From an uncultured Verrucomicrobiae bacterium (GTDB lineage Bacteria; Verrucomicrobiota; Verrucomicrobiia; Chthoniobacterales; UBA10450), in NCBI GenBank assembly GCA_963772365.1, contig CAVYXA010000005.1, positions 160,001 to 224,000 of the forward strand: DNA of 64,000 nt. The letters run 5' to 3'. The translations under genes and the position numbers were made by a program. Shown here in pieces: positions 39,127 to 49,127 of the stretch (positions are counted from its first letter, which is position 1; each line of letters begins with the position of its first letter). The notes under the pieces were generated by a model. The model was not told where the DNA came from, searched no databases, and was given only the letters and a program-made list of their open reading frames with translations.

Positions 39127-40108
39127 TGAGTCGTTAACCAGAATTTGGTGCGGCCTGACGAATTTTCTCTTTTCACCAAGCACAGACTCCTGGCTAACGG
39201 TTTTAAGAGTTGGTTTGGGACTCCAAGTTGTCCTCTACACGCTATTATTCTCCGGGAGTTGGCTAGCTGGCATCGACCAAGGCTTCGTCGGCCGAGCATT
39301 CTCTGAGGCTCTTCTGTCGAGAGAAAGCCCTTTCATTCCACACATCGGCTGGTTGGTCATGATGGGAGAGCAATGCGGGCTTTGCGAACATACTGTGCTT
39401 TCCATGACGTTGTGGTTCTTGCTTGCTGCCGGATGGGGTTTGTTGCTCGGCGTTTTCAGTCGGCCGTGCGCTGTTCTTGCGTGGTTTCTGCACCTTTGCG
39501 CTGCCAATAGTGCAGACCTCATTTCGTACGGAGTGGACAGTTTCATGACGATTGGGCTGTTCTATCTGATGCTGGCTCCGCTGCCGGATCGCTTCGCCTT
39601 CGAGCATCGCTGGCGAGCTCGGCACAAACAAGATCGACAACTTCCGGGGTTTTGGCGCCGGGTCTTGCAGGTGCATCTCTGCTTCATCTATTTCTTTAGC
39701 GGCTTGTCCAAAGCTCTGGGGAGCGGCTGGTGGAACGGTGAGAGCCTGTGGCGTGCCCTAACGAGACCTCCGTTTAATCTCGTCCCGGCCGAAATCTTGA
39801 TTCACGGGAACTACTTGTTCCCCGTGGCCAGCATTTCGGTGCTCCTTTTGGAGGTGGGTTATCCGCTGGCGATTTGGTGGAGGAGGACGCGCACGACGTG
39901 GCTTCTTTGTATTATTGCACTTCACATCGGCATTGGTCTGGCGATGGGAATGTATTTGTTCTCGCTTGTCATGATTATTTTGAATGTGGCTGCGTTTGGT
40001 TCCGGGTTCCTGGACAAGAAGGAATTCGCCCGACCCGAAACAGCGCACAGCGTCGGACCAGCAAATTTTCGACAAGCCTGTTTGGGCTCGACCAACACGA
40101 CGAATTAG
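39080..40108 (+). CDS. HTTM-domain (SdpB / vitamin K-dependent carboxylase-like) membrane protein
   Basis: LRVGLG, YGVD, QVHLCFIYFFSGLSK...WWNGESL, LE, HIGIGLAMGM. Confidence 0.85.
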   Translation: MRMTSIAPRYPQPLISESLTRIWCGLTNFLFSPSTDSWLTVLRVGLGLQVVLYTLLFSGSWLAGIDQGFVGRAFSEALLSRESPFIPHIGWLVMMGEQCGLCEHTVLSMTLWFLLAAGWGLLLGVFSRPCAVLAWFLHLCAANSADLISYGVDSFMTIGLFYLMLAPLPDRFAFEHRWRARHKQDRQLPGFWRRVLQVHLCFIYFFSGLSKALGSGWWNGESLWRALTRPPFNLVPAEILIHGNYLFPVASISVLLLEVGYPLAIWWRRTRTTWLLCIIALHIGIGLAMGMYLFSLVMIILNVAAFGSGFLDKKEFARPETAHSVGPANFRQACLGSTNTTN

Positions 40109-40135
40109 CCGTAGATTCTGATCTACTGCCCGAGA

Positions 40136-42532
40136 TTGAGCGCGCACGATATCTCTGCTGACAGCAAACCCGATCTCCCACTCGAGATCGCACACTTGTT
40201 GTTAATCGACCTCGTCGGTTATTCAAAATTACTCCTGAACGAACAAGTCGATCACTTGCGCAAATTGACTCGGATAGTTCGCGAGACTCGCTGTTTCCGC
40301 GAGGCCGAGGAAAGCGGGAAACTGGTTCGGCTGCCTACAGGCGATGGAATGGCGCTGCTATTCTATCGCAATCCCGAAGAGCCGGTGCTCTGTGCGCTGG
40401 AGATTAGCCAAGGGCTAAAAGCCTGCCCCAATATTCACGTCCGAATGGGGATTCACAGCGGTCCGATCACAACCATTCAGGATGTTAACGAAAAACTGAA
40501 CATCGCCGGCGGCGGTATCAATGTCGCGCAGCGAGTGATGGATTGCGGAGACGCGGGCCACATTCTGGTCTCAAAACATGTAGCCGAAGATTTGGCCGAA
40601 TATCGACACTGGCAGCCGTATCTAAAGGATCTGGGAGAATGCGAAACGAAGCATGGCTTGCGATTGCATATCTTTAATCTTTGCAAGGATGATCTCGGCA
40701 ATCCGGCTATTCCCGAAAAACTTCGTGGTCGAAAAGGCCACTTAGCGACAGAAAGGCGCGCGGTTTTTCCGGCTGCCTGGCAAAAATGGGCCTTGTCGAT
40801 CCTTCTGGCGGCGGGCATCGCAGCGGCCACCTTGTCGATCTTCTTCCATCGCGGTCCTCTACCGCAGTTCTCCGATAAGAGCATCGCAGTTTTGCCCTTT
40901 CAAGACCTGAGTGATGAGAAGGAGAACGCATTTTTTGCCGAAGGCATGCAGGAAGAAATCCTGACCGCGCTGGCTCGTGTGGCTGACCTGAAAGTCATCA
41001 GCCGCACTTCGGTGATGCAATTTCCAGCCGATGCGAAACGCAATCTGCGCGAGATCGCACGGTCTCTTGGTGTCGCCAATATTCTGGAAGGGAGCGTGCA
41101 GCGACTGGGGGAACGGGTGAAAGTCTATGCGCAGCTGGTCGATGCCCGCACCGATACGCAGCTTTGGGCAAATAAATACGAGCGGCCACTCAAAGATGTA
41201 TTCGCCATTCAAAGTGAAGTCGCGGAAAACATCGTTTCCGAGCTCAAGAGTAAACTGTCGCCGCCTGAAAAAGCTGCGATTGAGCGGCCGCCGACGAGCG
41301 ATCTTTTGGCCTACGATCTTTACACGCGTGCCAAGACCATCATTCTGGAGGTGATAACCGTTGAACTAAGTTCTGAAAGACTGGCCGACGCAGTCGGTCT
41401 CCTTGAGAAAGCCGTAAAACGAGACCCGGCATTTCTCCTCGCTTATTATCAATTGGCCAATGCTCATGACGAGTTCTATCACCTAGGATACGACCATACG
41501 GCTGGCCGACTTGCGCTGGCGGAGACAGCTATTGAATCAATGGAGCGATTGCGGCCTGGGGCGGGTGAGACACATCTCGCTCGGGCTCGGCATCTGTACT
41601 GGGGATACATGGATTACGATCGAGCGCGAGCAGAGCTTCAGCTTGCGCGAGCGAAACTGCCAAATGATCCCTCGGTGTTCCTGTTCACCGGTTATATCGA
41701 TCGTCGCCAGGGCCGCTGGCAGGAATCAACCATGAACATGGAGCGTGCATTGGAACTCGACCCCCGAAATCTTCTCGTTCTTCAGCAAATGTCGCTGACC
41801 TACGAAAGCCTTCGCCGCTATGCCGATCAAGCCGAGATCCTGGATCGCGCGGTCCAAATTGCTCCCGGGCAGCTGGGTCTGAGGATTCAGCGGGCCTCTG
41901 TCGATCTAAACTGGCGAGCGGATTCAAAGCCGCTCCACGCGGCAATCGATGCGATCCTGGCCGCAAAGTCCGAATCGATTTCCGAGATAGGCGATCAATG
42001 GCTTTACCTGGCGCTTTGTGAGCGGGACAAAACCGCGGCACAGCGCGCATTGAATGTCATGTTGCCCGATGGATGCAATCGCGATGGCATCCCGTTTCCC
42101 GTCGCTTGGTGCGAGGCGATGGCCGCCCGCACTAGCGGTGACGCTGAAGCAGCGCGCAACGCTTTTCTCCGGGCTCGAATTGATGTGGATCAAATCGCGC
42201 GGAACGAACCGAAGTTCGCAAAAGCAATCTGTGCTCTCGGTCTGATCGACGCCGCGCTGGGGTACAACGAGGAGGCTGTGAAAGAGGGGCAACGCGCGAC
42301 CGAGCTTCTGCCGGTTTCGAAGGATGTTGTCGATGGCTCGCTATTGGTTCAGTACCTCGCCATTATTTACGCGTGGACAGGCGATAAAGATGCGGCTCTG
42401 GATCAGCTCACTCTGGTGGCAACGCTGCCCGGCTATTTAAGTTATGGACACTTACGCTTGCATCCGTTCTGGGATCCGTTACGCGGCGATCGGCGATTTG
42501 AAAAAATTGTTGAATCGCTCGCGCCCAAGTAA
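40136..42532 (+). CDS. Class III cyclase-like domain, TM helix, TolB-like domain and TPR repeats
   Basis: IDLVGYS, TGDG, RMGIHSG, INVAQRV; KSIAVLPFQDLS, VISRTSV, LEGSVQ; C-terminal WDPLRGDRRF. Confidence 0.9.
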   Translation: MSAHDISADSKPDLPLEIAHLLLIDLVGYSKLLLNEQVDHLRKLTRIVRETRCFREAEESGKLVRLPTGDGMALLFYRNPEEPVLCALEISQGLKACPNIHVRMGIHSGPITTIQDVNEKLNIAGGGINVAQRVMDCGDAGHILVSKHVAEDLAEYRHWQPYLKDLGECETKHGLRLHIFNLCKDDLGNPAIPEKLRGRKGHLATERRAVFPAAWQKWALSILLAAGIAAATLSIFFHRGPLPQFSDKSIAVLPFQDLSDEKENAFFAEGMQEEILTALARVADLKVISRTSVMQFPADAKRNLREIARSLGVANILEGSVQRLGERVKVYAQLVDARTDTQLWANKYERPLKDVFAIQSEVAENIVSELKSKLSPPEKAAIERPPTSDLLAYDLYTRAKTIILEVITVELSSERLADAVGLLEKAVKRDPAFLLAYYQLANAHDEFYHLGYDHTAGRLALAETAIESMERLRPGAGETHLARARHLYWGYMDYDRARAELQLARAKLPNDPSVFLFTGYIDRRQGRWQESTMNMERALELDPRNLLVLQQMSLTYESLRRYADQAEILDRAVQIAPGQLGLRIQRASVDLNWRADSKPLHAAIDAILAAKSESISEIGDQWLYLALCERDKTAAQRALNVMLPDGCNRDGIPFPVAWCEAMAARTSGDAEAARNAFLRARIDVDQIARNEPKFAKAICALGLIDAALGYNEEAVKEGQRATELLPVSKDVVDGSLLVQYLAIIYAWTGDKDAALDQLTLVATLPGYLSYGHLRLHPFWDPLRGDRRFEKIVESLAPK

Positions 42533-43072
42533 TCAATGTAGAGCGAAACCCCGGGGATGCGGGGTGAACAGAAGACGCGCGAGCGCGATCAAAATGAGTG
42601 CGCTTACGATGATTCCTGCGGCAACGACGATGGCGAGCAGCCCGAGCACAAAGATTACGAATATCCAATCGCTTTTTCTTCTCCGTTGGGGCTCGGCACT
42701 ATAGCGCCTGAGCAGCTCGTAATTGCGGGCATTCGATTTGAACCAAAACGAAAAGGCATCCCCGATCCCGGGTATGATCCCGACCAGTTCGTTGATCAAA
42801 ATATTTGCCGCCATTCGGGCGAGCAAAATTTTCGGTTGCCCGGAGCGCGCCGCATAAATCAACGCCAGCCCTGAAACAATAGCTGACGCGGTATCACCTA
42901 CTCCGGGCAATAGCCCGATGATTGGGTCGAGCCCAAATCGAAATTTTGTCCCCGGCAAACGGAGCAAGTTATCCATAATGAGCGCGAGCCATTTGAAAAT
43001 AGGATCGACAGATGAGCGTTCTTCCTTTTCCTCCGGCGGAAGAACTTCCCACTCTGGTTCGCTTTCCTTCAT
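42533..43072 (-). CDS. DUF4112 domain protein
   Basis: MDNLLRLPGTKFRFGLDPIIGLLPGVGD, GIIPGIGDAF...N.RN. Confidence 0.9.
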   Translation of the reverse strand: MKESEPEWEVLPPEEKEERSSVDPIFKWLALIMDNLLRLPGTKFRFGLDPIIGLLPGVGDTASAIVSGLALIYAARSGQPKILLARMAANILINELVGIIPGIGDAFSFWFKSNARNYELLRRYSAEPQRRRKSDWIFVIFVLGLLAIVVAAGIIVSALILIALARLLFTPHPRGFALH

Positions 43073-43878
43073 GGTTTGTGAGCCGTGACAATCAAAGTCC
43101 GGCCGAGCAGAACATCGCGAGAGTTGATCGATCGAACCAGCCACTCGTTCTGCGCATCAATGGTGCGATATTTTCCCGATTCGCGCATTCTGGCTCGGGC
43201 AGCCGCGAGGCGAATCGGCAACAGTAAAATCGCGTAGGCTAAAAACGACCGCCGCTGATAACGATCCACTCTCAGTTTCAGATCGACAAAACCATTCTCG
43301 AGAAGAGCATGGGCAAGATAAAACCAGCTCACCGGGTTGATGTGGCCGCGCGGGCTGTGAACATCGCGGCTCCCGATCGAAAGCGGACCGAAGAGTGAGG
43401 CGAAACCAAACGCGAGGTAACGAGTCCGGGACCGCAGGTTCAAAATATTTGGCGTGGTAATCACGGCCAGACCGCCCGGCTTCAACACGCGATAAATTTC
43501 CCGAATCGTTTGGCGATAATTCTCCAGATGCTCGATCGTTTCCGCGCACGTGACCAGGGTGAAGCGGTTATCCTCGAACGGTAGCGGCTCGGAATTAAGA
43601 TCGACAATTTCGACCGGCTGACTGCGCACCCGCATGAGCCGGTCGGTATAATCGCAGGCAAATGCGCGTAAGGCGTAGCGCTGGCGAACAAAGCTCAGCA
43701 GTTCTCCGGCACCGCTTCCGACATCGAGGTAATCGCCAGCGAATTTGCGCGGTGCTGCTTTTTCAATCGCCTTTAAGATAGCGCGCTGAATCGTAGGCGT
43801 GCTCAGCTCGGCAGGTTTTTCGCCTTTGCGCCGTCGCCCCGATAATTTTTTAACAATTCTGCGCAGCCGCATGAACAA
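43069..43878 (-). CDS. Class I SAM-dependent methyltransferase
   Basis: LDVGSGAG, LPFEDNRF, ETIEH, RVLKPGG, TTPN. Confidence 0.92.
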   Translation of the reverse strand: MFMRLRRIVKKLSGRRRKGEKPAELSTPTIQRAILKAIEKAAPRKFAGDYLDVGSGAGELLSFVRQRYALRAFACDYTDRLMRVRSQPVEIVDLNSEPLPFEDNRFTLVTCAETIEHLENYRQTIREIYRVLKPGGLAVITTPNILNLRSRTRYLAFGFASLFGPLSIGSRDVHSPRGHINPVSWFYLAHALLENGFVDLKLRVDRYQRRSFLAYAILLLPIRLAAARARMRESGKYRTIDAQNEWLVRSINSRDVLLGRTLIVTAHKP

Positions 43879-44170
43879 CTGTACACCCTCGACTTAAAGC
43901 TCGGCGAGGATGATTAGGCCGAGACGGCACATAGTCCATCTGCTGTCGGTTTATAGATTTCGCAAGATCGACATGTAATTTTTCGGAATTTTGGCCGGCA
44001 AATCTCGGAGAACATCGGTGAGGATGAAAATTTCCCGCCCGGTCACTGTCTCGACGTTTTCGCGGATCGCAGAGACAGCCTGGCAGCTCGCTAACTCCAG
44101 GGTTTTTCGGGCTGGCCAGGACCGGCGGGATATTCGGCTGTCGCCGTAGCGCATAACTAACACGCAGACG

Positions 44171-44365
44171 ATGACAACGGTAATTCTCCTCACAATCAGC
44201 TTCATCGTAATCGGGTTGTCTGCGGGAATCGTTCTGAAGATGCAGCCGGACAATCATGGCGCGATTTGTGGGGCCTGCGGTTGGCACGTCCCTGAACGTT
44301 CGTCGCGCGAACTCATGCGCACTCACACGAAATGCCCCCGATGCGCCGGAATGAAATGGATTTAG
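44171..44365 (+). CDS. Small protein with TM helix and CxxC...CxxC zinc ribbon
   Basis: MTTVILLTISFIVIGLSAGIVL then CGAC...CPRC. Confidence 0.55.
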   Translation: MTTVILLTISFIVIGLSAGIVLKMQPDNHGAICGACGWHVPERSSRELMRTHTKCPRCAGMKWI

Positions 44366-44483
44366 CGGTTGCGCCATTTTTTCTGGGGCAGTGGCAACGG
44401 CCTACCGAGATCGAAAGGAAGGATTGACTTAGTTGTTACGTTTTCGGTATAAGCGGTGTTCTACGCGCAACCCTAATCCAGCC

Positions 44484-45106
44484 ATGAAAAAGAAATTCCT
44501 TATCGCAATTCTCTGCGGCGCGACAGCGACAACCCCGCTCTTCGCCCAACAGCACATGCAATCATTGTCGTTCAGTGGTCCATCGACAATCGATATCACC
44601 ACAACAAATATGTTCACGGTTTCGGTGGATTTAACCTTTAGCGGATACAGCGCCTACGGTTATTCCTATTGGTTGGAAGTGCAATCGGCCTTGGCGCCGT
44701 TTCTCACTATTACTGGCACGACTCATTACCCGCCATTTCCCGGCGGCCCGGACCCGGTCCCCATAGCTTTCAATTTACCCGACGGTTCCGGGTACACCGG
44801 CGAGGCGCCTGGCCTTGGCGGGGGGACCAACCCGCCGGATTCGGTACGCCCGGCACGTACCACGTCATGGATCTCACCTTCATGCTGGCTCCGGGAACTC
44901 CTCTGGGTATGTACGACCTTCGCACGACTACAACTTCCCCACGAGCTTCGGAAGTGACCGACACGGATTTCATGGATAACAACCTCCCAGCGGCTCATTT
45001 CTCCATCAACATCGTGCCGGAGCCGAGCACGCTTGCTCTGCTCGGGATTGGAGCGATCGGCTCAGGAATGTGGATCTTTCGTCGCCGAACAGGTCAAAAC
45101 GGTTAA
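44484..45106 (+). CDS. PEP-CTERM protein; one base missing near 44847
   Basis: Signal peptide MKKKFLIAIL in one frame; PGTYHV...VPEPSTLALLGIGAIGSGMWIFRRR in the other. Confidence 0.8.
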
Positions 45107-45127
45107 ACGAAGCTGAACGGCTTCTTC

Positions 45128-45197
45128 TGTAGCGGCGCTCTGTGAGCGTCGCAAAGTTCCCACCCAAGAATGGCGACGGTCACAGACCGCCGCTACA
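45128..45197. repeat. GTAG-type REP doublet (REPIN) between convergent genes
   Basis: tgtagcggcgctctgtgagcgtcgc / gcgacggtcacagaccgccgctaca, 23/25 complementary. Confidence 0.85.
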
Positions 45198-45206
45198 TCA
45201 TCCGGC

Positions 45207-46535
45207 TTAGCCCGGGATTTCCTTGAGCATCTGCTTGTTGGTCGGGAATTTTTTCACGAACATCAACAACCGCTGGATCGCTTCCTCGGGTTTGTGTCCG
45301 GCCAGGCCGCGGCGGATGAGATTGATTTTCTCTAACTCCCACGGTTCGAGCAGCAGTTCTTCCCGGCGGGTTCCGGAAAGAAAGATGTCGATGGCCGGGT
45401 AGATGCGTTGATCGCTGATTTTGCGGTCCAGCACCATTTCCATATTTCCCGTGCCTTTGAATTCCTGGAAGATCAGCTCGTCCATTCGGCTGCCGGTTTC
45501 GATAAGTGCGGTCGCCACAATCGTTAGCGAGCCCGCTTCTTCGGTATTGCGCGCAGCGGCGAAAATTTTCCTCGGGATTTCCATGGCACGAGCATCGATA
45601 CCGCCGCTCATAGTGCGGCCCCCGCCGGACATCGCATTGTTGAAGGCGCGGGCCGTGCGGGTGATCGAGTCGAGCAGGATGAAAACATGCTCGCCAGCTT
45701 CGACCAGCCGTTTCGCGCGCTCAATCGCAAGCTGCGAGATTCTCGTGTGACTCTTGATATCGGCATCATTCGAGCTGGCCATCAATTCTGCCGTCGGATG
45801 CGACCGACGAAAATCGGTGACTTCTTCGGGCCGTTCATCGACGAGGAGAATGATCAATTTCATCTCGGGATGATTCTTCGCGACTGCCTCAGCGATGTGA
45901 TGGAGGAGCGTTGTCTTGCCAGTGCGCGGTGGCGCGACGATCAACCCGCGCTGGCCCATGCCGAGCGGCGTCATCAAATCCATGATCCGCGTTGTGTAAC
46001 GGTCGGGAACCGTTTCCAGTTTGATTCGCTTGTTCGGATTAATCGTGGTCAGCTCCTCAAACGGCTTCAACCCCTGATATTTCGCGGGCTCTTCGCTATT
46101 GATCTTGAGCAGCTTGGTCAATTGCGGGCCGCGATTGCCTCGGCGGGTTTCGCCGTAGATCCACATGCCGTCGCGCAGAGAAAATCTACGCACAATCTCC
46201 GGGGTAACGAAAATGTCCTGGGCAGCCTGGACGAAGTTGCGCTTGGGATCGCGCAGAAAACCAAAGCCTTTACCCGAGATCTCGATGATGCCTTCGCCGA
46301 ATTCCGGCTCCGCCGAAGTTTGATCGCCGTTTTCGACCGCGCCTTCGGATTGTCGATCCAAAGTGTCAACACCCGCTTCGGGTGAAGAATTAGAATTCTC
46401 GTTGAATCGATCCCGGTCGCGATAGCGCCGACGGGAAAAACGACGGCGCGGTCGATGATGACGTTGTTCCGGCGCGGCGGCGGCTTCGGTTTCCACCGGT
46501 GCAGGTTGATTTTCGTTCTCTTCGTTCATAAGCAA
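45207..46535 (-). CDS. rho: Transcription termination factor Rho
   Basis: GFGFLR, GQRGLIVAPPRTGKTT, DERPEEV, LDSITR, EFKGTGN, SGTRREE. Confidence 0.97.
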   Translation of the reverse strand: MLMNEENENQPAPVETEAAAAPEQRHHRPRRRFSRRRYRDRDRFNENSNSSPEAGVDTLDRQSEGAVENGDQTSAEPEFGEGIIEISGKGFGFLRDPKRNFVQAAQDIFVTPEIVRRFSLRDGMWIYGETRRGNRGPQLTKLLKINSEEPAKYQGLKPFEELTTINPNKRIKLETVPDRYTTRIMDLMTPLGMGQRGLIVAPPRTGKTTLLHHIAEAVAKNHPEMKLIILLVDERPEEVTDFRRSHPTAELMASSNDADIKSHTRISQLAIERAKRLVEAGEHVFILLDSITRTARAFNNAMSGGGRTMSGGIDARAMEIPRKIFAAARNTEEAGSLTIVATALIETGSRMDELIFQEFKGTGNMEMVLDRKISDQRIYPAIDIFLSGTRREELLLEPWELEKINLIRRGLAGHKPEEAIQRLLMFVKKFPTNKQMLKEIPG

Positions 46536-46604
46536 ACAGGGTGCGCACTCGCCATTCGAGCGCTTCCAAAAGATTTTTCAGCGGAGTTCTTTTCAGGCCG
46601 GCAA

Positions 46605-47348
46605 TCAGGCCAGTAATTCGTCGGGAATTTCTAGATTTGAATAGACGTTTTGCACGTCATCATCGTCTTCGAGCGCATCGCACAACCGGAGCACCTGCCG
46701 CGCCACGTCCTCGTCGGCAACCGGAACAGTCGTATCGGGAATGAAAGTAAACTTTTGCCCATCGGTATTTACGCCCGCATTTTTGAGCGCCTCAGCTACA
46801 GAGTAGAGCCGATCGTGCGAAGTAATAATAAGATACTGATCCTCGTCGGTTGTCAACTCTTCTGCGCCGGCCTCGAGGACTAATTCCAGGAGCCGGTCCT
46901 CGTCGATGCTCGGTCGCGGAATGGTGATTTGTCCTTTCTTGTGAAACATGAACGAAACGCTTCCGCTGGTGGCGAGATTGCCATTGTTCTTAGTAAAGAT
47001 GCTTCGGATTTCGGCGGCGGTGCGGTTCTTATTATCGGTTGCGACCTCGACGATCACGGCGATGCCACCGGGACCATAGCCCTCATACACGATCTCCTCG
47101 AATTGTTGCGCATCTTTGCCCTCGCCAGTGCCCCGCTTGATCGCGCGATCGACATTATCATTCGGCATGCTTTGATCGCGCGCCGCCTGGATCGCGCTAC
47201 GCAGACGCGGATTGCCATTGGGATCGCCTCCGCCGGTTTTCGCGGCGATGGTGATCTCTTTCGACAACTTGCTGAAGATCTTGCCGCGCTTGGCGTCAAT
47301 GGCGCCCTTAAACCGCTTGACCTTCGACCACTTGCTATGTCCCGCCAT
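46605..47348 (-). CDS. YebC/PmpR family protein
   Basis: MAGHSKW, NPRLR, YEGYGPGG, TDNKNRT, LEDDDDVQNVYSN. Confidence 0.96.
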   Translation of the reverse strand: MAGHSKWSKVKRFKGAIDAKRGKIFSKLSKEITIAAKTGGGDPNGNPRLRSAIQAARDQSMPNDNVDRAIKRGTGEGKDAQQFEEIVYEGYGPGGIAVIVEVATDNKNRTAAEIRSIFTKNNGNLATSGSVSFMFHKKGQITIPRPSIDEDRLLELVLEAGAEELTTDEDQYLIITSHDRLYSVAEALKNAGVNTDGQKFTFIPDTTVPVADEDVARQVLRLCDALEDDDDVQNVYSNLEIPDELLA

Positions 47349-47498
47349 GGTGGGGAGTTCCTAATCTCTGCGATGAATTGACTGACTAAAAGCTGCAAAT
47401 CCTGAACAGCGCCTCGCCGAGAGAGTGGCTGGCGAGAAGAATTACTGCGCAGTATTGAAATCGCGAAACGAACCCGTGTCAATATAGCGAACCGAGAA

Positions 47499-48245
47499 TC
47501 AATGTTCGGGGATCCATTCCCCTCGCACGGGCGCTTGGGGGACGGGACGAATGATTCTGCGGCGCGGAGGAAAAATTGAGGAGCGTCTTCCGGGTAACAA
47601 ATTAAGTGCGGCGAGCGTTTCCAAGTCGAGTCGGCCGGTCACTGGCAGCCGGATTTTTGCCTGATAGGCCCGCAATGAAAACTCGGTGCCCGGCCCGAAG
47701 ATTCCGTCGATCTCGCCGCGGTAAAGATCGCGGTGGGCCAGGATGCTTTGCGCCGAAGCGACTACATTGCTTTGAATCTCAGGCGGCGCCATTTCGTAGG
47801 GAGTTCCGGCAAATAACCCGCCGCCCGATGGAACAATCGCAGATGGTCCAGATGGATACTGTTGTCGATCTTGCGGTCTGGCGACCAAAGCCTGCGGAGG
47901 AGGTGCTTCCGTTGGCTTTTCATCGTTCTCGTTTTGCTGTGAAGTCTCGTCCGATGTTTGGGGCCGCGGCAAAGGAGAACTTGTAACTATGGGTTGGGAG
48001 GAGCGAGGCGCTTTGGCTACCAAGGCCTGCAAAGTCTCTTTGTCCAGATCACCGGAGACATGTAACCCATTTCGAATCTGGTAGCGCCGGATGGCGGCAG
48101 TCGTGTCTGTGTCCTTTTGGCCAGTGATTTCGCCGTAATAAAAACCCTGATCTTTCAGCGCCTGCTGCGCCCTGGCGATGGTATCATCCGCTCGCAGCAA
48201 CGCGATCGATCCAAGAAAAATCGCCAGACCAATCCTCAGTTTCAT
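47499..48245 (-). CDS. Secreted protein with two peptidoglycan-binding domains
   Basis: AQQALKDQGFY.GEITG...AIRRYQ and YRGEIDGIFGPGT...YQ. Confidence 0.88.
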   Translation of the reverse strand: MKLRIGLAIFLGSIALLRADDTIARAQQALKDQGFYYGEITGQKDTDTTAAIRRYQIRNGLHVSGDLDKETLQALVAKAPRSSQPIVTSSPLPRPQTSDETSQQNENDEKPTEAPPPQALVARPQDRQQYPSGPSAIVPSGGGLFAGTPYEMAPPEIQSNVVASAQSILAHRDLYRGEIDGIFGPGTEFSLRAYQAKIRLPVTGRLDLETLAALNLLPGRRSSIFPPRRRIIRPVPQAPVRGEWIPEH

Positions 48246-48281
48246 GTCGATCTTGCTAAGACGTCGCCAACATTGGCTTAT

Positions 48282-49118
48282 TCAGCGCGCCGGCTCGGTC
48301 GGGATGGAGGATGGCTGCTTCGTAACCGGCAGACTTACCGCAAGTGTGGTTTGCTGTTCCTCAATGGCATCGCGATATCGCAAAATTCCATCCGTGATCG
48401 CAACAGCGAGCATTTCCCGATAATCGGCATTTCCTAGCTTTGTAAGGTCGTCGTCGTTACTGAGAAATCCGGCTTCGACCAATACAGCCGGCTGAGTCAC
48501 GTTCCTGATTACGAAAAATTGCTGCGGTTTTGCGCCACGATCCATCGAATGCGTCTGCGTCACCAGCGATTGCTGAATGAATCCGGCTAGACTCTGGCTT
48601 TTGAAATTAGGGGAACCGGACAAACCACGGCCCAGGAAAGGAATCCAGGAAATCAATGTCGGCAGCGGCGCACTTTGATGTTCGGCATAATAGGTTTCCA
48701 CTCCGCTCGTAAGCGGCCGTTCCCCTTCGTTAAAATGAATGCTGACAAAAATGGAGTCGGGCACGCGATTGGTGATCCGAGCGCGATCCACCAGGGAAAC
48801 AAAATTGTCATCGTTGCGCGTCATCAGAGTAGCGATGCCCTGCGCTTCCAACAATCGATTGACCCGTTGAGCTACGTCGAGCGTCAGGTTTTTCTCGACA
48901 ACATTCCCGCGCACTGCACCCGAATCATCGCCGCCGTGACCGGGATCCAGAACAACGGTGCTGAACGAGCCGCGGCCGCTGGAAGATCTGGTTGTCGAAG
49001 TTAAACCCCGCGAACGTGGCATCGAAACTAACCAGGTGAAACAAGCCACCATCAGCAACAGACCCGCCAAGGCGGCTGTCTTTTGCAGCACGCGTCCGAT
49101 TACAAATCGCCGCACCAT
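48282..49118 (-). CDS. N-acetylmuramoyl-L-alanine amidase (Amidase_3)
   Basis: LDPGHGG, EK, SIHFN, PAVLVEAGF. Confidence 0.93.
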   Translation of the reverse strand: MVRRFVIGRVLQKTAALAGLLLMVACFTWLVSMPRSRGLTSTTRSSSGRGSFSTVVLDPGHGGDDSGAVRGNVVEKNLTLDVAQRVNRLLEAQGIATLMTRNDDNFVSLVDRARITNRVPDSIFVSIHFNEGERPLTSGVETYYAEHQSAPLPTLISWIPFLGRGLSGSPNFKSQSLAGFIQQSLVTQTHSMDRGAKPQQFFVIRNVTQPAVLVEAGFLSNDDDLTKLGNADYREMLAVAITDGILRYRDAIEEQQTTLAVSLPVTKQPSSIPTEPAR

Positions 49119-49127
49119 TTTTCCCCC

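Noticed and set aside
43894..44253. Minus-strand ORF fragments between the methyltransferase and the zinc-ribbon ORF
   Set aside because: No recognisable motif or RBS; cannot be supported.
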